From positions 2,411,206 to 2,475,205 of the forward strand of contig CBDFJR010000002.1 in the NCBI GenBank assembly GCA_965248535.1: a stretch of DNA of 64,000 nucleotides, in the 5' to 3' direction. Both the position numbers and the translations under genes were made by a program. Under the pieces are notes generated by a model. It worked only from the letters and a program-made list of their open reading frames with translations. It was not told the origin of the DNA and made no database searches. Shown piece after piece: positions 18,801 through 26,668 of the stretch; the stretch's first letter is position 1; each line of letters opens with the position of its first letter. This DNA comes from Phormidesmis sp. (lineage in GTDB: Bacteria; Cyanobacteriota; Cyanobacteriia; Leptolyngbyales; Leptolyngbyaceae).

Positions 18801-20298
18801 TGGCTCCGGGAACGACGACTTTCGCCAATTCCCAGAAGTTGTTAATCATCTGCTGCTTATCGACTTTCGCCGCCATTTCATCAAAGCCATCGAAAATCAG
18901 CAACAGCTTGCCCATGCGGTTCAGTTGGTCAAAGACCTCGCTGTTAAGCCGAATATTATGCTGCGTAAAAAAGAAGCCTGCCAAAACATTCTCGACGTTC
19001 AGAGCTTTGGCATAATCGCGTAAGGTAATGACAAGCGGCAATCGTGGGCGCTGTACTCCGCGCTCTTTCGCTTCCTGGTAGCGTTGTAGAGCCGTCCAAG
19101 CGTAGTGGAACGCGACCCAAGTTTTTCCTGTGCCGAATTCGCCCAGGACTGAAATATGTTCTTTCGCGGGATCATCAAGCCAGCGATCGAGATAGCCATC
19201 AATTCAACCGTCGCGCTCATCGTATCGACTTACGCCTAACCGTTGTTGGGTATCCGGATCAATTTCTTCCTTCGTGCAGCCCAACGGAACATAGCGCGTG
19301 TCAATCTTGCGATGTTTAATTTCAGTCTCTAACCATTTGATATAGCCTGTGAAATCTGCGTCTAAATCAACTAACTCATCAAAGGTGTAGCAGTCGAGAT
19401 GTCGATTTTCGGGCTTTTCCACTTCATCACGGGCAGCACGACTAATCCGACGGGAAGTGACAAGCCAACCTTCATCGGTTTGCTGCGCCTCGACTGATTG
19501 CCGCAATGCCATCACATCCCGTAATTCTGCTTCGCCTTCAATGCCTCGGACTAAGATGCGATCGTATCTCCCCCGTCTGACCGGAATATTGAGAATCCAC
19601 TCAAACCCGTCCGCTTGCCACTGCTCATACGGCTCAAAGCGGTAGCCCAACGTTTCAAACCAACCGCGCATCTGTTGAGCGAGAGCAAACGCACGGCACT
19701 GCTCAGAAACTGAAGCCTCTGGCAAAGCGGGCAGCGATTGAGCCGCGAGTCTTGCCATCTCAGTGCGAATGCCTTCGATCGTGGGTAACCGTTCCAACCG
19801 ATCTTGCACCTGGGCAACTTGGCGATGAAGCGAGTTCAGTTGTTGAGTCGTCAAGATATCCCCCGGAGTGCGCGTGCGTTTCGCGATCGCGATAAACACC
19901 GCTGCAAACTGATAAAACTCTTGTCGCGCCTCGATTCCCAGCGCTCGAAGTTCATCGCCTAATGTGGCATTTTCAAGAAAGCTTTCTCCCGCTTTTGAGA
20001 GTACCGAGAAATTATCCTGCCCCCAGGCATCCTGAAACGCTTGACGAATTTCGGGCTGACGAAAGAGTTCCAACACGGCTTTGGGCTTTCCCACGCCATA
20101 CTCCACCAAGGTGTAGGCATAAACACCACCAAAATCCGCAGGGGGGCTATCAGGACTGAGGTTGAACTGTTTTAACAGCCGAATGATCGCTTCATTGCGC
20201 TCTAATTTGTCTCTCAGCAACGCAGTGGGATTGGCGATGCCAGTAATTGCTTGAATCAGGACGGTGAAATCGATCGGAATCACGGGGGCAGCCTCCAA
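15868..20298 (-). pseudogene. Helical N-term + restriction-endonuclease-like + NACHT NTPase + pentapeptide + WD40 protein, interrupted by in-frame TGA at 19204-19206
   Basis: The 364-aa and 1057-aa ORFs share a frame: ...YDERDG*IDGYLDRWLDDPAKEHISVLGEFGTGKTW...RPRLPLVITLRDY. Walker A lies in the gap between the two ORFs; Walker B LLIFDGFDEM; many GH...WD repeats. Joined length 1476 codons plus stop. Confidence 0.88.
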
Positions 20299-20443
20299 AC
20301 GGACGATTTCAAGCTAACTGTTTTGATGACGAGTTGCCAAGATCAAAACTATGAAATTTGATACCCGTACCACCTCTTTATGTCCACAACCCGTTCACCT
20401 ATTGAGAATTTATTGCCAGCGCTGATGAACTCAAGAAACCGGG

Positions 20444-20650
20444 TCAGACTTTGAACATCAGAATTGGGCACAGTCGATCGAAAACTTCCACCAATCCCGC
20501 TTGCACTTGGGTATCAATCACAGGTGTAGTTGGTTTGTAGGCAGGGGCTTTCTCAATCCGTCGTTCCTCTCGCAAGGTGATGCAAGCGATTCCTTCTAAT
20601 CCCAACGATTCTTCAGTTTCATTCGCACTCGCACGAGTCAGATCAAGGCA
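20444..20650 (-). pseudogene. 3' fragment of an RtcB-family RNA ligase gene
   Basis: Manual translation CLDLTRASANETEESLGLEGIACITLREERRIEKAPAYKPTTPVIDTQVQAGLVEVFDRLCPILMFKV* resembles the RtcB C-terminus (EEAPxAYK...LVEVVARLxPxxxFK). No upstream body. Confidence 0.55.
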
Positions 20651-20858
20651 AACAGTTCATCCAGTGGCGACTATAGATTTGATTTCCTATTCCATTCACG
20701 CTCTCCTCAGATTATTCAGCATGAATTCAGCAATAAAATAGGGTCAACACAAATATTTAAGCTATTTTTCAGCACAGGTTCAGAAAAATCTTTTACGATC
20801 GACATATTAATCTAGGCGCAACATCGTGAAGTGCCTCTAAAAGACTGAGGAGTTTCTG

Positions 20859-21125
20859 ATGATGAATATGTTTGTCGGTAAGCAGCAAGCCTGTCAGTTT
20901 CTCGATTTGAGCAATGACACTCTGAAGAAGTATCGACTTCAAGGCGAGTGGATTGAAGGCATTCATTGGGTGCGGATTAATCAGCGGTGTGTCCGCTACA
21001 ATCTGCCACTGATTCAAGACTGGATGCACAATCGCTGTAATCCTGCCGCGCATCGACGCGCGATTGTAACTTACGAAGCCACTCTTTTAAGCCATCAAAA
21101 GAAAGCCAAAAAAATTGCCCAATGA
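20859..21125 (+). CDS. Excisionase-like HTH DNA-binding protein
   Basis: KQQACQFLDLSNDTLKKYR...WIEGIHW...VRYNLPLIQDW; convergent with the integrase. Confidence 0.7.
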   Translation: MMNMFVGKQQACQFLDLSNDTLKKYRLQGEWIEGIHWVRINQRCVRYNLPLIQDWMHNRCNPAAHRRAIVTYEATLLSHQKKAKKIAQ

Positions 21126-21161
21126 GCTATTGAGCAATTAGCTTTATCAACCAGACAACAT

Positions 21162-22350
21162 TCAAGTCAGATCCGGTGGTCGAAGATTTGTGAAATTCGT
21201 TGCGCCGTAGTGCTTGTCGATCATCTTGGCACTCGTTCCCGTCCAACGTCCGATCGCGGTGCTGTTAATATGAGCCTCCACACATAGGCTGATGAAAGTG
21301 TGTCGGCATTGGTAGCTCTTTCGATAGGGAATGCCGCTCTTCGACATAATCGCCTGCCACGGGCGATTAGCAAAATTGTGCTGGTCAATAAATCTGTCTC
21401 TCGGACTTCTGAAAATGAAGGCTTCAGGATCAATCGTTTCAGCCTTCATACCGTCCAAAATTGTCTTGACTTCGGGGGTAATCGGAAAGTCGCGTTTATG
21501 CTGAGTCTTCAAGCCTTCTTTCAGAATCAGCCCTTTCTTAGACACCACCACCGCTTGCCGGAATCGGATCACGCTTTCGGTGACGTGTTTCCATTGCAGC
21601 CCAATCACTTCTGATGGACGTGCGCCTGTAAAGAACAAAAAGCGCACGTAATTGGTGTAGTGCTTGTATTGGTGATCCATTTCAAAGGTTTGAATAATCC
21701 GATCGCGCTCCTCTTTTGAAAATGGACTGACATCCTCATCTTCAGTCAACCCTTTAGGAGCTTTAAGCTTCATTGAGCTAAAAGGATTAATCTCGATGAT
21801 GCCGTCTTCAACTGCCCAATCACAGCACGCTTTCAGTTGAGTCACACACCGCTTCGCTGCATCCGGTGTCAAATTTGCTAAGAGATAATCTCGAATGGCG
21901 ATTGCATCATTCAAAGACTGACTTGGAAACCGACGAATGTGATTTTGCTGCTTTGTGTAGTCCTTGCAAAATGTACTGGGACTTACCTGCGGCTGTTTGA
22001 ATTCCATATAGCGCTCCCACAAGTCAGCGAGGGTTGGCTGCAATTTGGCTGGAGGATTGGGGGAAATTGGGGGAATGGAGGAAACGGTGGTCAGAGCCGC
22101 GTAGGGCTGATACTTGGCAAGGCTCAGATCCACCTCTCCGTAATCAATATCCCGTTGAAGCGTTCTTACCGTATCCCCAACTCGTTGCCGATTGATCGGT
22201 GTATCCTCGTGCCCAGTAGAAATATAGAACCGCTTCCGTTTGATCTCCCCGTTTTCTTGAATTGGGTAAGAAAAGACGATTTGCAACCGACCTCGCGTAT
22301 TTTTGAACTGAACCCTTGTTACCCTTGCCTTGTGATGATGACGAATACAT
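21162..22350 (-). pseudogene. Tyrosine recombinase/integrase with N-terminal arm-binding domain; apparent frameshift near 22300
   Basis: Catalytic motifs FFTGARPSE, LKTQ, YQCRHTF, IDKHY. The AGGAG-preceded ATG at 22350 (MYSSSSQGKGNKGSVQ) is out of frame with KNTRGRLQIVFSYP; the main frame has only a TTG at 22286. Confidence 0.75.
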
Positions 22351-22424
22351 CGGCAACTCCTGTTAGGGGAATCAGAGGAATATGCTGTTCAGTCTAACTT
22401 TGCTCTATTTTTCTTTTTACAACA

Positions 22425-22468
22425 ATTCCCCCAATTTTCCCCCAATTTTGCCTCTAAACCCCTCTAAA
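22425..22468. repeat. Direct repeats between integrase and tRNA (candidate arm-type binding sites)
   Basis: CCCCCAATTTT x2 followed by CCTCTAAA x2; an inverted copy of the first pair lies at 22056-22076 inside the integrase. Confidence 0.5.
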
Positions 22469-22514
22469 AATGCCTAACGTGAAGACACACCTTTGAGATG
22501 AGAGCGCCAAAAAC

Positions 22515-22546
22515 AAAGCCCACAGGCTAGTTGCAGTGGGCTTTTT
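22515..22546. terminator. Hairpin downstream of tRNA-Phe
   Basis: AAAGCCCAC...GTGGGCTTT stem with A/T-rich flanks. Confidence 0.6.
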
Positions 22547-22562
22547 GCTTGAGATATCTGAA

Positions 22563-22635
<73 letters not shown>

Positions 22636-22898
22636 AGATTTAATTACGTTTAGCGCTTAACTAAGGTAGCAAAAACAAATGCAATTTGCAAGTAGTTTTG
22701 GAAAATAGGATTGTGGAGTAATTCCACTCTAAAGTCGCATCTCAAAGTCTTCTCCTAACTTTCTCAACGTAGCCAGAGCAAACAAACTTCAACCCTTTCT
22801 CCTAAATTTGATCTGCCAACCGGGTGCTGATCGGTCAAAATGGGTGTGTGCTCATTAATGGGTCACAAATCTTTAGAGCTACTCTATCTAAAACGCTT

Positions 22899-23861
22899 AT
22901 GCGCCGACGTTCTACCCCGTGGATTCATCGCTGGTCACGCCCTTTGATTGGGTCGATCGCCGTCCTCGGAGCCATCAATACGGGTTATCTCACGATCAAC
23001 AAGTTTTTAGACAGCAGCCCAGTTTGCACGAGCAACTGTGAATCGGTGCTTAACAGCCCCTATGCCACGGTGTTGGGGTTGCCCCTGTCGCTGTTTGGGT
23101 TTTTAGCTTATGTGAGCATGGCGCTACTGGCGCTAGTTCCGTTAGCGGTGAATGCTGAAGAGCAGCGATCGCTGCGAACCACCCTAGAAAATCGAACTTG
23201 GCTGCTGCTATTTGCTGGCTCAACCGCTATGCTGCTCTTTAGCGGCTATTTGATGTATGTGTTAGCGTTCGACATCAAAACGGTTTGCTACTACTGCATC
23301 GCGTCAGCCACCTTTGCCACCGCGATGTTTGTCTTGACCCTGCTGGGTCGTACTTGGGATGATGTGGGGCAACTCTTTTTTACAGGCATTGTTGTGGCGG
23401 CGGTGACACTGGTCGGCACGTTGGGCATTTATGCACCCATTAATTCAGCCAATGCCGATGCGGGTAGCTCTTATAGTCTCGGCCCAGCCAGTGGGCAGGC
23501 TTACTTCACCATTACTGATACATCTGGCGATGCTGAGGTTGAACTGGCTCGGCATCTCAAAAATATTGGAGCCAAGATGTATAGTGCCTATTGGTGCCCT
23601 CACTGCTATGAGCAGAAGAAGATCTTTGGGGTCAAGGCGCTAAAAGACGTTCCTTCTGTGGAATGTGCGCCTGAGGGCAAAAATCCGCAGACGGCTTTGT
23701 GTCAAGAGGTTGCACCTAAGATTGAGAAGCAGACGGGTCAGAAGTTTGGGTTTCCAACCTGGGAGATTAACGGCAAGTTTTATTCGGGTCAAAAGCCGTT
23801 AGATGAGTTGGCAAAGATTTCTGGCTATCAAGGCCCTGCTAACTTTAAGAACAGCTTCTGA
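22899..23861 (+). CDS. Vitamin K epoxide reductase (VKOR) - thioredoxin-like fusion
   Basis: CTSNCESVLNSPYA, CYYC, YWCPHC, FPTWEING. Start taken at MRRRSTPWIHRWSR. Confidence 0.92.
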   Translation: MRRRSTPWIHRWSRPLIGSIAVLGAINTGYLTINKFLDSSPVCTSNCESVLNSPYATVLGLPLSLFGFLAYVSMALLALVPLAVNAEEQRSLRTTLENRTWLLLFAGSTAMLLFSGYLMYVLAFDIKTVCYYCIASATFATAMFVLTLLGRTWDDVGQLFFTGIVVAAVTLVGTLGIYAPINSANADAGSSYSLGPASGQAYFTITDTSGDAEVELARHLKNIGAKMYSAYWCPHCYEQKKIFGVKALKDVPSVECAPEGKNPQTALCQEVAPKIEKQTGQKFGFPTWEINGKFYSGQKPLDELAKISGYQGPANFKNSF

Positions 23862-24002
23862 TCAGCAGATTCAGGCACTTTGTTCTGCTGAATTTTAGGG
23901 TGAGGATGTACGAAATCACGTCATTCTTGCCCTATTTTATTTGAATTTTTATTGGCACCACGATCGCTCCAGCTAATCGGAGAACTGACTTGAAATATCT
24001 CA

Positions 24003-24091
24003 GCCAGATTGGCTACATAAACGGCAAGGAATCCCCCAGTCATTTGTGAGGGAAGATATCTTATACATAACAGCTTAAACAGAGTTGTTAA
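24003..24091 (+). promoter_or_regulatory. Conserved upstream module, copy 1
   Basis: GCCAGATTGGCTACATAAACGGCAA, then 44 nt from TTGG to AAGATATCTTATACATAACAGCTT. Confidence 0.75.
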
Positions 24092-24130
24092 TCAACAAAG
24101 CTACTCTATTACAAACCAAAGGAGACTACT

Positions 24131-24349
24131 ATGATTATCTCAGAACTTAGCTATCTCGAAGTTGCTACTGAAGCCAATGAGCTAGAAGGTGGGCTTGATT
24201 TATCGGTGACTTCTACTCACTTTGCACAACAATTAGCCGTGTTGCAATCTGGTTCATCGTCGGGCCCTGGAGGCAGCATTTCTTTTGCAAATGCACAGCA
24301 TTTAATCACTGACACGAGTAGTTTTAGCGCGATCGTGTTGGGCGCTTAA
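24131..24349 (+). CDS. Double-glycine-leader peptide 1 (CTB-family bacteriocin-like / EbfG-like)
   Basis: AAAGGAG RBS; MIISELSYLEVATEANELEGG leader; Ser/Gly/Ala-rich core with SGPGGS; paralogues adjacent. Confidence 0.85.
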   Translation: MIISELSYLEVATEANELEGGLDLSVTSTHFAQQLAVLQSGSSSGPGGSISFANAQHLITDTSSFSAIVLGA

Positions 24350-24453
24350 TCAATCAGTTCATTTTCTTTCTGATATCTCATCTATCAAACAGGGCATATT
24401 TGGCGCGTTTATTTATCATAGACGCGCTTTTCTTTAAGGCATAAGATATCGCC

Positions 24454-24530
24454 GCCATATTGGCTACATAAACTGCAATAGAGGCCATATAAACGGGTAA
24501 GTAAGATACGTTATAAAAAGCAGCTTGAAT
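24454..24530 (+). promoter_or_regulatory. Conserved upstream module, copy 2
   Basis: GCCATATTGGCTACATAAACTGCAA, then 43 nt from TTGG to AAGATACGTTATAAAAAGCAGCTT. Confidence 0.7.
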
Positions 24531-24575
24531 AAGCTTCTATCAATCTGACCGGATTAAATTAGAAAGGAGAGAATA

Positions 24576-24794
24576 ATGCTGATTACTGACCTAAATTATT
24601 TAGAAAGCGTTGACGAAGCCACAATCTTAGAAGGTGGAACTGACTGGGCGGCAACCTTAACTGCCTTTAGTCAAGCGCTTTCGATGCTGCAAACCGGAGC
24701 TACTTCAGGGCCTAATGGTAGTTCGGCGTTTGCGAATATTGGTCGCTTGAATATGGCGACACTCGGTTTAGGTGCCGTTTTTCTGGGAGTCTAA
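24576..24794 (+). CDS. Double-glycine-leader peptide 2
   Basis: AAAGGAG RBS; MLITDLNYLESVDEATILEGG leader; core with SGPNGS; 72 aa like its paralogues. Confidence 0.85.
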   Translation: MLITDLNYLESVDEATILEGGTDWAATLTAFSQALSMLQTGATSGPNGSSAFANIGRLNMATLGLGAVFLGV

Positions 24795-24916
24795 ATTAGA
24801 GGTCGATCGCTATCTTACAAAGTTACAAGCAACTGGCGCATTTATTCATTTAGGTGCGCCAGACTTGTGTTTTTTATTAGGGATTATTGTTCCGATCTCC
24901 ACTCTAAAATAACCCT

Positions 24917-25005
24917 GCCAGATTGGCTACACAAACTGCAAAAGAGCACCTATTCCTAAATCTAAGAAGATATCTTATACATAACAGCTTAAACAGAGTT
25001 GTTAA
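24917..25005 (+). promoter_or_regulatory. Conserved upstream module, copy 3
   Basis: GCCAGATTGGCTACACAAACTGCAA; 24966-25005 is identical over 40 nt to 24052-24091. Confidence 0.75.
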
Positions 25006-25037
25006 CAACTAAACCACTCATTTCAAAGGAGACTACT

Positions 25038-25256
25038 ATGATTATCTCAGAACTCAACTATCTAGAAATCGCGACCGAAGCAGCTAGCCTAGAAGGTGGC
25101 ATTGACCTGTCTGTAAACTTCACTCAGTTCAAACAACAAACTTCAGTGCTGCAAACTGCATCAACGTCTGGGCCAGGGGGCAGCACTTCTGTTGCCAATG
25201 GCGGCAGCTTGAAGATTGACACCTCTGGTTTTGGGGCGATTGTCTTGGGTGTCTAA
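25038..25256 (+). CDS. Double-glycine-leader peptide 3
   Basis: AAAGGAG RBS, ATG 25038; MIISELNYLEIATEAASLEGG leader; SGPGGS core; 72 aa. Confidence 0.85.
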   Translation: MIISELNYLEIATEAASLEGGIDLSVNFTQFKQQTSVLQTASTSGPGGSTSVANGGSLKIDTSGFGAIVLGV

Positions 25257-25301
25257 CGAGACAAACTCCCAAACAAATCGGGCAAGTTAGATGCTTATCA
25301 A

Positions 25302-25350
25302 TTCCTCTAGTCAAGAGCTTTTTCTTAACCTCACGCTTTGACTAGAGGAA
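25302..25350. terminator. Strong stem-loop after peptide 3
   Basis: TTCCTCTAGTCAA (25302-25314) pairs perfectly with TTGACTAGAGGAA (25338-25350). Confidence 0.6.
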
Positions 25351-25447
25351 AATCAAATTCGAGCTTATAAAGCTAATGCTGATTCTATTAGGGACATGGC
25401 ACTGCTATGCCCCTAGCAATCATTTTTTCGTTTATGAGGGCATACAA

Positions 25448-25756
25448 ATGATTATTTCTGATCTTGATTGTGTTGAAGAAATTGATGCACTATTGGAGAT
25501 AGAAGGTGGTGGAGTCTGGAGCGTCGGCTCTGAAGATGGCTATACAAGAGGAAGCAACCGTTCATGGTTCTCAATGATTCAACCCATTTTGCAATCTCTC
25601 AACATTTTTCCGGCGGCCTCTTCTACGGTGGCAAATTTGGGCGGAACCTCGATCGGGAACACCGCAATCTCAACCAATATATCGATGCCAATCTTTATTG
25701 TGATTAATCAATTTGGCTCAGGGAGAGGTGGAAATCGCAACTACTTCTCATTTTGA
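25448..25756 (+). CDS. Divergent double-glycine-leader peptide 4 (102 aa)
   Basis: GAGGG RBS, ATG 25448; MIISDLDCVEEIDALLEIEGG leader; different, longer core. Confidence 0.7.
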   Translation: MIISDLDCVEEIDALLEIEGGGVWSVGSEDGYTRGSNRSWFSMIQPILQSLNIFPAASSTVANLGGTSIGNTAISTNISMPIFIVINQFGSGRGGNRNYFSF

Positions 25757-25798
25757 TAACTAAAAATAGTCGCCTCACTCAAGTCAAGGATAAACCCG

Positions 25799-26530
25799 AT
25801 GACTATCTTTAAAGGAGAAGTAATTCAACCAGAGACTATCACGTTTGCATTAAGAAAAGAGATGCAGATTAAAGAAGTCTGCCGTAAGGTTTTTCATCAA
25901 AAGATTATCGATCAAGCCGTAGAATCACGCGGCATTTGCTTGATCCCTGATGAGATTCAAGCTGAAGCAGATCGAATGCGCTATGAAAACCGATTATTTC
26001 GATCGAGCGACACGCTAGCCTGGCTGTCTGATCAGTTAGTCACCGCCGATGATTGGGAGGCAGGCATTCGCGATCGCTTGATTGCTAAAAAGTTATCTCA
26101 AATTTTGTTTGCCAAGGAAGTCGAACGGTTTTTTGCTGAAAATCAGCTAGAGTTTGACCAGGTTTTACTCTATCGATTTGCCGTTCCTTATGAACAGTTT
26201 GCTCAAGAGATCTCCTATCAGATTCAGGAAGACGAAATCAGTTTTTACGAGGCGGCTCATCTCTATGATATTGACTGTCAGCGTCGATATCACTGTGGGT
26301 ATGAAGGTAAGCTTTATCGCCGCAGCCTCAAGCCAGATTTGTCGGCGATCGTGTTTAGCGCCACGCCGGGTCAGGTGATTGGCCCTCTGACCATGGATCA
26401 AGCAAGTCACTTGCTGATGGTTGAAGAATTTATTCCGGCTGAGTTAACGCCAGAGCGTCATCAAGAAATTCTCAACCGAATGTTTAGCGAATGGTTGACC
26501 TCAGAATTGAATTATTTATTAAATGTATAA
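25799..26530 (+). CDS. PpiC/parvulin-type peptidyl-prolyl isomerase-like foldase of peptide-secretion clusters
   Basis: IQAEADRMRYENRL, AQEISYQIQEDEISFYEAAHLY, VFSATPGQVIGP, EEFIPAELT; adjacent to GG peptides. Confidence 0.8.
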   Translation: MTIFKGEVIQPETITFALRKEMQIKEVCRKVFHQKIIDQAVESRGICLIPDEIQAEADRMRYENRLFRSSDTLAWLSDQLVTADDWEAGIRDRLIAKKLSQILFAKEVERFFAENQLEFDQVLLYRFAVPYEQFAQEISYQIQEDEISFYEAAHLYDIDCQRRYHCGYEGKLYRRSLKPDLSAIVFSATPGQVIGPLTMDQASHLLMVEEFIPAELTPERHQEILNRMFSEWLTSELNYLLNV

Positions 26531-26575
26531 GTTCTGATAAATGTATAAGTTCTGAGTTTTAGGTATAAGGTCTGA
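26525..26575. repeat. Three copies of GTATAAG(T/G)TCTGA
   Basis: Copies at 26525, 26543 and 26563; the first contains the PPIase stop codon. Confidence 0.7.
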
Positions 26576-26630
26576 GTTTTAGCGGGTCATGTTTTAGGCA
26601 GCGTTAGACCACTTGCACGCTGCTAGGCGA

Positions 26631-26658
26631 GTCCTCCAAAGGTTTCGATTTGGAGGAC
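26631..26658. terminator. Hairpin between convergent genes
   Basis: GTCCTCCAAA / TTTGGAGGAC 10-bp stem. Confidence 0.6.
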
Positions 26659-26668
26659 GTTTCACTGG

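Noticed and set aside
1..22500. Second att site (duplicate of the tRNA-Phe 3' end)
   Set aside because: Not seen in the window by eye; the island probably extends beyond the left edge.
24009..24027. Sigma-54 promoter in TTGGCTACATAAACGGCAA
   Set aside because: GG-to-GC spacing is 11 nt rather than 10, and cyanobacteria are not known to have sigma-54.
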